Assembly: GCA_039208735.1 (NCBI GenBank)
Contig: JBCCQY010000097.1
Span: 1-34,839, forward strand
Origin: Myxococcota bacterium
GTDB lineage: Bacteria; Myxococcota_A; UBA796; GCA-2862545
Reading direction: 5' to 3'
DNA length: 34,839 nucleotides
The position numbers were made by a program, and so were the translations under genes. Below the pieces are notes generated by a model. That model worked only from the letters and a program-made list of their open reading frames with translations, was not told where the DNA came from and did not search any database. Positions 1 through 8,712 of the stretch are shown here, piece by piece (within the stretch, counting starts at the first letter, position 1; each line of letters begins with the position of its first letter).

Positions 1-491
1 ACCGCAACGTCGCGAATCAGTTCGTAGTTCTCGAACCACCACTCGAGAGCCGCGGGCAGACGGCCGGCCCGGACCCTCCGTTCCGACGCAGAGTCTCGCT
101 CCCCAAGCTCATCGCTGGCTTCCTGCCACGTGGCCTCGGTTTGATAGAGCCGCTCGAGCGAGGCGGTGTATTCGCGCCAGGGGCGCATCGTGGCGAGCAC
201 CGGGCCAAGAAAGGCCCAATCACTCCGCAGGAGACCCGGTACGAACACCTTCACGACGTAGCGCTCCATGGGCTCGGGCCGTAGGAACCGTCCGGTTCGA
301 GGGTCGGGGTTGGTCGCGTAGAAGATTCCTTGCCGAAATCGGGATTCGAAAAAGCCCCGAGGATTACAGCTGCGTATCGATTTCCCCCAAGTGCCAGGAA
401 AATCCTCTCCAATGACGTCGTAGCCGGCTGCGCGGAGCACCTGCATCCACATCGACGTGCCTGAGCGCTTGGTTCCCGTGACGATGATCAC
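1..491 (-). CDS. Sulfotransferase-family protein (partial, runs off the left edge)
   Basis: Manual translation: GTG at 491 with GGAGG upstream gives MIIVTGTKRSGTSMWMQVLRAAGYDVIGEDFPG...NPRGFFES..., open to position 1. GTKRSGTS matches the 5'-phosphosulfate-binding loop of PAPS-dependent sulfotransferases, and NPxGFFE is typical of bacterial members. Confidence 0.8.
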   Translation of the reverse strand, partial: MIIVTGTKRSGTSMWMQVLRAAGYDVIGEDFPGTWGKSIRSCNPRGFFESRFRQGIFYATNPDPRTGRFLRPEPMERYVVKVFVPGLLRSDWAFLGPVLATMRPWREYTASLERLYQTEATWQEASDELGERDSASERRVRAGRLPAALEWWFENYELIRDVA

Positions 492-562
492 CGTCAACCT
501 CCGTGGGGCAGCCCTCGCCGAGATCAAGCCCCCGCGCTACGCTACCGCCCTCGGGGGGGACC

Positions 563-991
563 ATGCGTGCGCTTCGTATGATTCCGGTTGGCGCCTTGTC
601 GCTTACCTTTGTCGGCTGTGCGGGCAGCGTGCCGGGTACGTGGGACTTCGTGTCCGCCGAACGGGACGGGACGGATTGGACGGAGACCTACCTTCAAGGC
701 ATTCCGACGACGTGTGATGGCGAAGCTACGGCGGGCCTGACGTTGTTCGATTGGAATGCCGGTTTTCAATGGCGCCAAATCGGTGGCTGTCGATCCGAGG
801 GCGACGCGCCGTCGTACGCTCGCTACGTGTTCGTCGACCGAGGGTTGGGGGGCTTCACCATCACTCCCTACGGTCTCGATGTCTACGCCACTCCGTTAGA
901 GTGTGACCGATCCGGCAAGGATCTTCGGTGCATCGATCCGGGGAACGGTCGGCCCATTACGCTTCGCTACCGCAAGCGGGAGGGCGCATGA
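563..991 (+). CDS. Putative lipoprotein, lipocalin-like beta protein (paralog A)
   Basis: ATG 563 after GGGGGA. Signal MRALRMIPVGALSLTFVG-C, then a GTW motif and four mature Cys. Stop overlaps the next start (ATGA). Confidence 0.7.
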   Translation: MRALRMIPVGALSLTFVGCAGSVPGTWDFVSAERDGTDWTETYLQGIPTTCDGEATAGLTLFDWNAGFQWRQIGGCRSEGDAPSYARYVFVDRGLGGFTITPYGLDVYATPLECDRSGKDLRCIDPGNGRPITLRYRKREGA

Positions 992-1455
992 AGGTCCGGC
1001 TGATCCCGGTGGTTCCGTTGTCCCTCACGTTTAGCGCCGGATGTGGAGATCCGCCGGGACCCCTCGAGGGGGTGTGGGCGTTTGTCGATGTTGGCGAAGA
1101 CGAGTACGCCAGTCGCTACAACACCAATGAGCGCGAGACCGAAGACGGCTGCTTGCTTCGGACCGACCATCGGGTTGCGTTCGACGGTGACGGCTTTTCG
1201 TTTGTCTTTTCGTTCCTTACTGGGGTTTGTGAAGACGGCACCTATAGCTACGCCACAGGCCTTGGCCTACGAGAGCGGTACACCGCCGTTAGCCAAACCA
1301 CGTTTGATGTTCGGTTCCCGAACTATCGCAATGGGCTGTGCGTTCGGAGTGACGATCTGCTCACGTGTTCGATTCCGCTTTACGGTGAGGGAACGTTGGA
1401 CCTCCAATTCCGGCGGCTTGGCGCGAGTCGCGCGAATCCGCCTTGGGAGCGGTGA
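988..1455 (+). CDS. Putative lipoprotein, lipocalin-like beta protein (paralog B)
   Basis: ATG 988 coupled to the upstream stop, GGAGG upstream. Signal MKVRLIPVVPLSLTFSAG-C, LEGVW motif, four mature Cys. Confidence 0.7.
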   Translation: MKVRLIPVVPLSLTFSAGCGDPPGPLEGVWAFVDVGEDEYASRYNTNERETEDGCLLRTDHRVAFDGDGFSFVFSFLTGVCEDGTYSYATGLGLRERYTAVSQTTFDVRFPNYRNGLCVRSDDLLTCSIPLYGEGTLDLQFRRLGASRANPPWER

Positions 1456-1460
1456 CGGCC

Positions 1461-2918
1461 ATGGAACTCACGGCGGGGACCGTGGTGGACGGTCGCTACG
1501 AAGTGGAACGGCTCTTGGGAAGAGGCGGTCAGGCCTCGGTCTACGTGGTTCGCCACACCTCGCTTGGGTCGCGGCACGCGATGAAGGTGGTCGAAGCGCA
1601 TCCCGCGGCCCGAGCCCGCATCCTGCAAGAAGGGCAGATGCAGGCCACGCTCAAGCACGCTCACATTGTGCGCGTCACGGATGTGGTCGAGGTGGAGGCC
1701 GCGCTCGGGCTCATCATGGAGCTGGTGGATGGCCCTGACCTGGCCCGGGTGGTGCGAACCCGCAAGCTGGGGCTACAGCAGGTCGATGTGGTCGCGCGAG
1801 CCGTGCTTTCTGCGATGGCGGTGGCCCATGACCATGGACTGGTCCATCGAGACCTGAAGCCCGAAAACATCCTTCTCGATCGAGGTGCAAATGGCGTCGT
1901 TCCTAAGGTCTCGGACTTTGGGCTTGCCCTGCAGCTGCGTTCGGCGAATCGCCAGACACCCACTGGCGCGGCGCTAGGCACACCGTTCTACATGTCGCCC
2001 GAGCAGGTGCGCGACGGCCGGACCATCGATCACCGCGCGGACATCTGGGCCATCGGGGCCATTCTGTACGAACTGTTGTCGGGACGACTGGCTTTTGAAG
2101 GGGCCGACGTGCTCGAGGTGTGGAACGCCATCGACCGAGCCGAGCCGGTGCCCCTCGAGTCGTTGGAGCCGACGCTTCCGCCGCGCGTGCTTCGAACCCT
2201 CGAACGAGCCTTAAAGCGTGACCCCGATGAGCGGTTTGGAAGCTGTCGGGCAATGCTTGCGTCGTGGGACGACACGCCCGAGGCCCGGCTCTCAAACGAC
2301 GCGGTCATCGTCGACCTGGATGTTGGCTCGTTCATCGACCTTCCGCCGCCCGATTCCCGAGTGACCTGGCACTCAAGCGCCGTCAGTACGAGCCTTGCGT
2401 TGGGGTTGGGGGTGGTCGGCATGTTCGGTATTGCCACCGGGGTGGCGGTCGTGCTGGGCGTTCTTGCATTGGGGTTGTTCGCGCGGACGTCGACCAGCAA
2501 AGCGCCCTCCCTGGCGGCCGAGGCGACGCCCCTCATGGTGGGACAGGTGCCCCGAAAAGGCTCGGCCGATGCCGAAGTCGGTTCAGAGTCGCCGAGGGCC
2601 CTGGTGAACCCCCAGTTGCCTGAAGCGATCGAGCCCGTGGTTGACGCGATTGTGGCCCCTAAGCCTCCCCCGGTGCAGGCCCGGGTAGGTGAAGTCGTGG
2701 CCGTGGGCGCTTCCGTCTTGTTGTGGAATGGCGATGAGCGGTTCACGCTCCCTGGAACGGTGCCCGTTGGGGAGTACGACGTCGTCGTGGTGTTTGGCGC
2801 CCAACCAAGCTTCGTGTACCCGGGTCGCCTGCTCGTTGAAGAAGGCGTGCGCCACGAGGTGCGTTGCAATCCAGGAACCCAGCTCTGCAGCTACTTGCGC
2901 AGCGGGGATGCACCATGA
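1461..2918 (+). CDS. Membrane-anchored Hanks-type Ser/Thr protein kinase
   Basis: LGRGGQASVY, AMK, HRDLKPEN, DFG, GTPFYMSPE and DIWAIG motifs, followed by a long hydrophobic segment, a Pro-rich linker and a small C-terminal beta domain with two Cys. Alternative start is GTG 1452, overlapping the upstream stop. Confidence 0.93.
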   Translation: MELTAGTVVDGRYEVERLLGRGGQASVYVVRHTSLGSRHAMKVVEAHPAARARILQEGQMQATLKHAHIVRVTDVVEVEAALGLIMELVDGPDLARVVRTRKLGLQQVDVVARAVLSAMAVAHDHGLVHRDLKPENILLDRGANGVVPKVSDFGLALQLRSANRQTPTGAALGTPFYMSPEQVRDGRTIDHRADIWAIGAILYELLSGRLAFEGADVLEVWNAIDRAEPVPLESLEPTLPPRVLRTLERALKRDPDERFGSCRAMLASWDDTPEARLSNDAVIVDLDVGSFIDLPPPDSRVTWHSSAVSTSLALGLGVVGMFGIATGVAVVLGVLALGLFARTSTSKAPSLAAEATPLMVGQVPRKGSADAEVGSESPRALVNPQLPEAIEPVVDAIVAPKPPPVQARVGEVVAVGASVLLWNGDERFTLPGTVPVGEYDVVVVFGAQPSFVYPGRLLVEEGVRHEVRCNPGTQLCSYLRSGDAP

Positions 2919-3811
2919 TCACCGTTTGGCTCGGAATGGCCGTTGCCCAGTCGGCGGACTGTGAGCTGCACGTTCCCGCGGTTGAGGTGGTGGCGCTTGC
3001 GGAGGCCGTTCAGCGGCTTCTTGTCGACGACAACGGTGCGGTGTACCGCGCGCGCGCAACCGAGACCCAACTGGTGGAGGAACTTGGGTGTGTCGCGGAG
3101 CCCCTTTCGCCGCAAGGCGCGGCTAGCGTGTTGCAGATCCGGGGCTTTACGGCATTTTTCGCAGGTGAGACGGTCGATGCGCAGGCCTACCTTGCCAGCG
3201 CCCGCCATGCGGTGCCCGACCTGAGCTTGTCCCCCCAATTGGCCCCCCACCCTGCCCATCCGCTGGCCCGGGTGTGGGCGGAGGCGCAGTGGGATGGCCG
3301 GACTGTCGCGTTGCCACCCGCTCCGGGTGGGGTGTGGCTCGTCAACGGACGTGCCACCAACGCCATGCCGCAAGGCTTGCCGGTAGTGCTGCAACTGGTG
3401 CGGCCCGACGGCACGGTGGCCGAGTCCTCGATCACCGATCGGCCGCCGGTCATCGAGCCGCCGCCGTCCCCTGACGTCCCTGCCAAACTACCGACGGCGA
3501 CACCCGGGTTTCCCAAGAAGTTCGTGACCGGTTTGGGGGTTGCCCTTGTCGGCGGCGTTGCGATGGCGGTGCCGGTCGTGCAATCCAGCCAACGCTGCAC
3601 GTTGCCCGACTCAGACGATGATGGGCTCGGCGAGTGCCCAACGGGCTTGCTTGCGACCTATTGGACCGGTGTTGGTTTGGTGTCTGCCGGAGGGGTGTTG
3701 GCACTGTGGGGTGCAGCCACCGAGTTCCGCAAGCCACCGCTTCAGGTGTCGGTCCATGCCCATCGCGGCGTTCATGCCCAGGTTGCCTGGACGTTCACCC
3801 CACGTCGGTAA
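2915..3811 (+). CDS. Hypothetical exported membrane protein (helical N-domain, Pro linker, two C-terminal TM segments)
   Basis: ATG 2915 overlaps the kinase stop (ATGA). Short signal MITVWLGMAVA-Q. Hydrophobic segments FVTGLGVALVGGVAMAVPVV and YWTGVGLVSAGGVLALWGAA. Confidence 0.7.
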   Translation: MITVWLGMAVAQSADCELHVPAVEVVALAEAVQRLLVDDNGAVYRARATETQLVEELGCVAEPLSPQGAASVLQIRGFTAFFAGETVDAQAYLASARHAVPDLSLSPQLAPHPAHPLARVWAEAQWDGRTVALPPAPGGVWLVNGRATNAMPQGLPVVLQLVRPDGTVAESSITDRPPVIEPPPSPDVPAKLPTATPGFPKKFVTGLGVALVGGVAMAVPVVQSSQRCTLPDSDDDGLGECPTGLLATYWTGVGLVSAGGVLALWGAATEFRKPPLQVSVHAHRGVHAQVAWTFTPRR

Positions 3812-5741
3812 GCGATGAGGTGATCGCCACGAGGAGAGCGGTTTCGTCGAAGGGCTTGGCCAGAAAAGAGAAGGGTTGAAGGTCTTCGAGTTGAGACGCC
3901 ATTCCAGGCTTGCCGCTCGGCGCGTAGCCACTCATGAGGACAATGCCGATTGTGGGCGTGTCTTGGCGCAACAGCCGGGCGACTTCAGGGCCATCGCGGT
4001 GGGGCATCCGCACGTCGAGAATCGCGACATCGAACGGTTCACGAGCCCGTATGGCGGTCTGGTGAGCTTCGAGTGCTACCGCCCCATCGGCCGCTTGCAC
4101 CAAGGCAAATCCTGCACGCTCAAGGTAGCGCACCACAACCCGCAAGACCTCCGGGCGGTCTTCGGCCACGAGGACGCGCCACGGTCGTCCGGTGGGGGGC
4201 TGAGGAAGCTGGCGAGGCGCGGTGGGGGCGGGGTCCGGTGTCGCGTCATCGGGCCGAAGGGGCAAGAAAACGTTGAACCGAGTGCCTGAGGTTGGTCCTT
4301 CGAGCACATTTTCGAACGCAACAAACCCATTGTGCTGACGTACCGTTCCATGCACCGAAGCAAGCCCGAGCCCGGCGGCATCTCGCTTGGTCGAAAAGAA
4401 AGGCTCAAAGATGTGATCAACGGCATCAGTGGGAATCCCGGGGCCTTGATCCACGACCTCTATCCATGCAAAGGGCCCAGGGGGAACCGCGGTAGGACGC
4501 CCAGCATCGCTGGGCCCCGAGAACGTTCGTCGGACCCGAATGCCGATCTGCCCCCCGTCCGGCATCGCATCGCGAGCATTGAGCACGAGGTTGGTCAACA
4601 CTTGCTCGATGGCGGCCGCTTCGATGTGGACGGGCACCGGATTGGGATCGAGGTGCAGCGTGAGTTCGAGCCGTGGGGGGAGGACCCGTGTCAACAATGC
4701 ATGCGTTCGGGTCACCACCTCACGCAGGTCTTGGTCTTCACGAGGCACATGCGACCGCTGGGCAAAGGCTAGCAACCGGTCGGTGAGGGCCGTCGCGCGT
4801 TGAATGGCTTCAACGCCATCGGCAACCGACTCTCGAATGGCTTCGACATCCGTGGGGGCTTCGCCGATGAAGTCGAAGTTGCCCCGCATCGCCATCAGCA
4901 GATTGTTGAAATCGTGTGCGATGCCGCCCGCAAGTCGCCCCAGGGCCTGCAGTCGCGCAAGCTGGGCATCTTGAGCCTGACGGGCGCGTTGCTCGGTGAT
5001 GTCGAGCATGCCTCCCAGAAGGTCGGTCACACTGCCCTGGTCGTTTCGAAGTACCCGACCCGTCCCCAGCACCCAACGGATGCGGCCATCGACGACGATG
5101 CGAGCTTCGAGGGGCAAGACGGTCCCGGTCTCGAGGATTCGCTCGAGATGGGCGTCGGCGTGCGGCCGATCGTCGGGATGAATCCGCTCCATGACGTCTT
5201 GCAACTGGGCGGGACCCTCCTCCGTCCAATCCACGATGGCCCGTGCGCGGGCGTCACCCATCACTTCATTGGTGTCGAGGCGCCAGCGCCATTGCCCCAT
5301 GCCAGAGGCTTCGAGCGCCAGATGAAGCTGCTCGTCGCGGACCGTCAGTGCTTTGGCGGTACGGTGGGACTCTGTGACGTCGGTCCCAATTAGCAAAAGC
5401 GCCTTGGCGCCATCGGTTCGCTCGAGTCGAGACAGTCGGAGCTGGTGGCGCTGGGGTCCCTGGGTGACCACGATGCACTGCGCCTCTCCTGCCACCGCGG
5501 ATAGGACGGCGTCCCGGATGGTGGGCTCCCATTCGTCGTCGAAACACTGCCAAATGGGTTGGCCGTAGACCTCACCGGGCTTTCGACCCGATGCCGTACG
5601 GTTGAGGTAGGCAATTCCCCCATCAGCATCGAGGATACCGATGAATTCGTCGGTGTAGCGTAGGATTCCCGCGAGCCATCGACCGATGGACACTTGGGCC
5701 TCGCTCGCGAGTTCCGGCCAAAATGGCACGCGGTCCGTCAT
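3795..5741 (-). CDS. PAS-domain hybrid sensor histidine kinase / response regulator
   Basis: ATG 5741 with GGAG upstream. Two PAS/PAC units (IHPDDR, DITE), H-box AGGIAHDFNNLL, N-box NLVLNARDAM, G1 DQGPGI, F-box FEPFFSTK, and a receiver with AED/DVRMP/KPF. Confidence 0.93.
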   Translation of the reverse strand: MTDRVPFWPELASEAQVSIGRWLAGILRYTDEFIGILDADGGIAYLNRTASGRKPGEVYGQPIWQCFDDEWEPTIRDAVLSAVAGEAQCIVVTQGPQRHQLRLSRLERTDGAKALLLIGTDVTESHRTAKALTVRDEQLHLALEASGMGQWRWRLDTNEVMGDARARAIVDWTEEGPAQLQDVMERIHPDDRPHADAHLERILETGTVLPLEARIVVDGRIRWVLGTGRVLRNDQGSVTDLLGGMLDITEQRARQAQDAQLARLQALGRLAGGIAHDFNNLLMAMRGNFDFIGEAPTDVEAIRESVADGVEAIQRATALTDRLLAFAQRSHVPREDQDLREVVTRTHALLTRVLPPRLELTLHLDPNPVPVHIEAAAIEQVLTNLVLNARDAMPDGGQIGIRVRRTFSGPSDAGRPTAVPPGPFAWIEVVDQGPGIPTDAVDHIFEPFFSTKRDAAGLGLASVHGTVRQHNGFVAFENVLEGPTSGTRFNVFLPLRPDDATPDPAPTAPRQLPQPPTGRPWRVLVAEDRPEVLRVVVRYLERAGFALVQAADGAVALEAHQTAIRAREPFDVAILDVRMPHRDGPEVARLLRQDTPTIGIVLMSGYAPSGKPGMASQLEDLQPFSFLAKPFDETALLVAITSSLTDVG

Positions 5742-5798
5742 GGCGCTCCATTCGCGCGCACCTATCCGTGGCCGGGCGGCGGTGCTACATGCGGCCGC

Positions 5799-6113
5799 AT
5801 GCCTCTTCCTGTCGCCTTCGGCTTGATGATGTTGCTTGCGGGCTGTGCCCATACGGGTCCGAGCCCTTCAGCGCCCTCACCGCCTCCCGATGGGGTCGCG
5901 GTCTGGGAATCCAACGATCGCAAAGGGGGAGGCGATCGGGAGTCGGCAGCGCCCACGGTGGAGGTTTCCCTGTCGAAAGGTCCTGAGGGATCGGTACGCG
6001 TTTTCGTGCCTCAAGAACCAGTTGACTACCCACTGTTTGTGGTGTTTCGTGATTCCGCCGGCCACGCCGGTACGGCAAATGCCCCCTTCCGCGTGCACGT
6101 GGAGCGTCCATGA
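5799..6113 (+). CDS. Small putative lipoprotein
   Basis: MPLPVAFGLMMLLAG-C lipobox and Pro/Ser linker. Stop overlaps the hydrolase start (ATGA). Confidence 0.6.
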   Translation: MPLPVAFGLMMLLAGCAHTGPSPSAPSPPPDGVAVWESNDRKGGGDRESAAPTVEVSLSKGPEGSVRVFVPQEPVDYPLFVVFRDSAGHAGTANAPFRVHVERP

Positions 6114-7066
6114 ACCAACGGGTTGGCGCGGCGACGGTTGCTCATCACAACCCAGACGCCGACGTGGTGTTCGTGTTTGGCCATCCCGCCACGTCGTACC
6201 TCGATCACTTCCTCGTGGAGGGCCTTACGGCCTCCGGTGTCGGGGTCCTCAACATCGACAACCGCTATGTCGGCGACGCGATCGACCTGTCCATGAACAC
6301 GGCGGTGGCGGATGTCGCAGAGGGGGTTCGGACCTGCGCTTCCCGGGCGAAACGCATCGTGCTGGTGGGCCACAGTGGTGGGGGCCCCCTCATGACAATG
6401 GCGCAGGTCCAGTTCGGGCTTGGCCACGCGATTGTGCTGCTCGCGGCCCACCCGAGCCGCGGTCACATCTTTCGGGACTGGATCGATCCCGCGGTGCGCT
6501 CCGATGGGAGCCGCGATCCGGCGCTTGACCTCTTTGCTCGGACGCCGCCGTTCCAGCCCGAATTTGTGGCGGCGTACCGGGCTGCACAGGACCGTCGGGT
6601 GCGGCAGCTCGCCTCCCAGGCGGCGGATGCAATGGCGAAGGGAGCGCCTTCCTCCATCATTGCGTTTTCCAACCTCTGTGCCGACCCGAGGTTCGTCGAC
6701 CCTGCTTTGGACGCAAATGACCGGGATCCCGAAGCATTTCCGTTTGGGGAGCCCGCCGAGGTCAATGCGCGTCCCAACTTCTTTGGGGGGCGCAGCACCG
6801 CCCGTGCGTTCTTTGAACAGTGGTTTGTTCCAACCACACCGGCCGATGGGCTTCGGCTGGCTCCTTACCTGCGAAGGCCGGTGCTCAACATTGGCTTTTC
6901 CGCCGATCACCTGGTCTTCCCGAGTCAGTTTGCGCAGTGGCGGGCGGCGCTTCCCGACCACGCCGACTCCGAGTGGCTGGTGGGGGCTCGGCACAACCCC
7001 CGGGGCCAGCCCGTGATCACGGAACGCCTTGTTGAACGCCTGTTGAACTTTGCGGCAAAGGCATAA
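6110..7066 (+). CDS. Alpha/beta-fold hydrolase
   Basis: Nucleophile elbow VLVGHSGGG, candidate catalytic Asp (SADHLV) and His (GARH). Confidence 0.85.
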   Translation: MNQRVGAATVAHHNPDADVVFVFGHPATSYLDHFLVEGLTASGVGVLNIDNRYVGDAIDLSMNTAVADVAEGVRTCASRAKRIVLVGHSGGGPLMTMAQVQFGLGHAIVLLAAHPSRGHIFRDWIDPAVRSDGSRDPALDLFARTPPFQPEFVAAYRAAQDRRVRQLASQAADAMAKGAPSSIIAFSNLCADPRFVDPALDANDRDPEAFPFGEPAEVNARPNFFGGRSTARAFFEQWFVPTTPADGLRLAPYLRRPVLNIGFSADHLVFPSQFAQWRAALPDHADSEWLVGARHNPRGQPVITERLVERLLNFAAKA

Positions 7067-7125
7067 TTGAGGAACGTGGTCACGCGACGTCATCGTCTTC
7101 GTGTCCAAATCCACCGGAGGAGATC

Positions 7126-7455
7126 ATGAAACATTCGATGGCCGTTTTGGCGGTGTTGTCGTTGACCGGATGCGAGTTCGATCTGTTTGCACCCTCGGTG
7201 TCGTTGCGCGTGGAGCCGGCGGTCGTGCCGGTGGGGATTTCCAACCTCGAGGTCACCGATGACGATCGGCGACAGGATTTCCGAGAGGTGGTGGACGTCG
7301 AGGATTTTGGCGACTTCGTGGTTCGGGATTGGAGCAGCAACGATGAACGGGTGTTCGTCGAGATCGACGTGTTTGACGACGCATTTGGGACGCAGGAGCT
7401 GGTGATTCGACTGGAGGACGACGAGGTACTCCGGACGACCTTCGCTGTTCAATGA
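7126..7455 (+). CDS. Small acidic lipoprotein, probably an Ig-like beta sandwich
   Basis: Strong GGAGGAG RBS, MKHSMAVLAVLSLTG-C lipobox, and an alternating beta-strand pattern rich in D/E/V. Confidence 0.75.
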   Translation: MKHSMAVLAVLSLTGCEFDLFAPSVSLRVEPAVVPVGISNLEVTDDDRRQDFREVVDVEDFGDFVVRDWSSNDERVFVEIDVFDDAFGTQELVIRLEDDEVLRTTFAVQ

Positions 7456-7494
7456 GCCTCGCCCCGATTTGCCGGGAGCGATACGAGGCGTCGC

Positions 7495-8712
7495 ATGTGG
7501 ATGCTCCTCCTCTCGGCGTGTGGGCCTTCGACGCAGGGAATCCCCACCGCGACGGCTGAACAAGGTCCGTTCGACGTCGTCCTGACGATTCCCGGCGAAC
7601 TCGAAGCGGTTCGGTCGGTCACCGTCTCTGCTCCCGATCTTGGAGGCCCTGCGAAGGTCATCTTCGTGGCGGATGAGGGGTCGCGGGTTGGGGTGGGCGA
7701 CATCCTGTTGAAGTTCGACAACACCGAACTTAATCGTCGACTCGAGGAAGCCCAGAACAAGCTCGACGTCGCAATGACGAAGATCCAGCAAAAGCAGGCG
7801 CAGCTCGAGGTCACGCTCGCGGACCAGCGCAACGGAATCACACGTTCGGAACTGGCGCTTCAGCGTGCCGAGATGCGCATCACAGACTCCGACAGTGTCC
7901 CCAAGGTGGAGCGCGAGTCGGCCCGCATCGACGTCCAAGAGTCGATGCTTTCGCTCGAACAGGCTCGGTCGAAGTCTCGCTCGGCGAAGCTCGAGGGCGA
8001 AGCCACGATCGAACTGCTGCGGCTCGAAGCCGCCCAGGCCCAAGCCAATGTTGACAAGGCGAATCGCGCCCTTGAGCAGGCCGTGGTGAAGGCCGAGACT
8101 CCGGGGCTCGTGATTCTGCCTGGGGTGTGGAAAGGCAGCAGTTGGGGCCCCGTTGCCGTGGGTGATCAGGTCTACCCGGGCAAGGGCGTGATCGAGTTGC
8201 CGGACCTCAGCACGATGTCGGTCGAGGCCTGGGTCCATGAGGTCGACGCGGCCAAGGTTGCGGTGGAGCAAACGGCCAGCGTGGTCATCGACGCCCACCC
8301 TGAACCTGCCCATGCGGCCAGGGTCGGCAAAGTGGCCGATCTCGCGGTCCGTCGAGACGGCAAACAAGCCAAGTACCTCAAGGTGGACGTGACGATCGAT
8401 CAGACGACGGACGTGATGAAGCCCGGCATGACGGTACGCGCCGAAGTGCAGGTCGGTCATCGCGACGATGTACTTTCGGTGCCGTTGGAAGCTGTGTTTT
8501 CGCGCGACGAGGGCTCCGTGGTCTACGTGAAGGGAAGCTTCGGAGGTTTCGAGCCGGTCGACGTGGAACTGGGCATTCGTAACGATGCCCGGGTCGTCGT
8601 CACCTCTGGCCTCGAAGCAGGCTCTGTGGTCGCCCTGGTCGACCCCGACCAAGCGGCGGCCGGTGAAGCCCCGTCGCCCGGAGCCCCGGCGGAGCCGAGT
8701 TCGGGCTCGTGA
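7495..8712 (+). CDS. Efflux periplasmic adaptor (MacA/HlyD-like membrane fusion protein), lipoprotein
   Basis: MWMLLLSA-C start, lipoyl half-motifs (EGSRVGVGDIL; VAVGDQVYPG), long coiled coil, VHEVD, MKPGMT, VPLEAV and VTSGLEAG. Confidence 0.9.
   Translation: MWMLLLSACGPSTQGIPTATAEQGPFDVVLTIPGELEAVRSVTVSAPDLGGPAKVIFVADEGSRVGVGDILLKFDNTELNRRLEEAQNKLDVAMTKIQQKQAQLEVTLADQRNGITRSELALQRAEMRITDSDSVPKVERESARIDVQESMLSLEQARSKSRSAKLEGEATIELLRLEAAQAQANVDKANRALEQAVVKAETPGLVILPGVWKGSSWGPVAVGDQVYPGKGVIELPDLSTMSVEAWVHEVDAAKVAVEQTASVVIDAHPEPAHAARVGKVADLAVRRDGKQAKYLKVDVTIDQTTDVMKPGMTVRAEVQVGHRDDVLSVPLEAVFSRDEGSVVYVKGSFGGFEPVDVELGIRNDARVVVTSGLEAGSVVALVDPDQAAAGEAPSPGAPAEPSSGS

Noticed and set aside
5742..5852. 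N-terminal extension of the histidine kinase ORF
   Set aside because: Overlaps the divergent lipoprotein gene; ATG 5741 has an RBS.
6026..7114. 362-aa minus-strand ORF
   Set aside because: Lies opposite the alpha/beta hydrolase, which has clear catalytic motifs.
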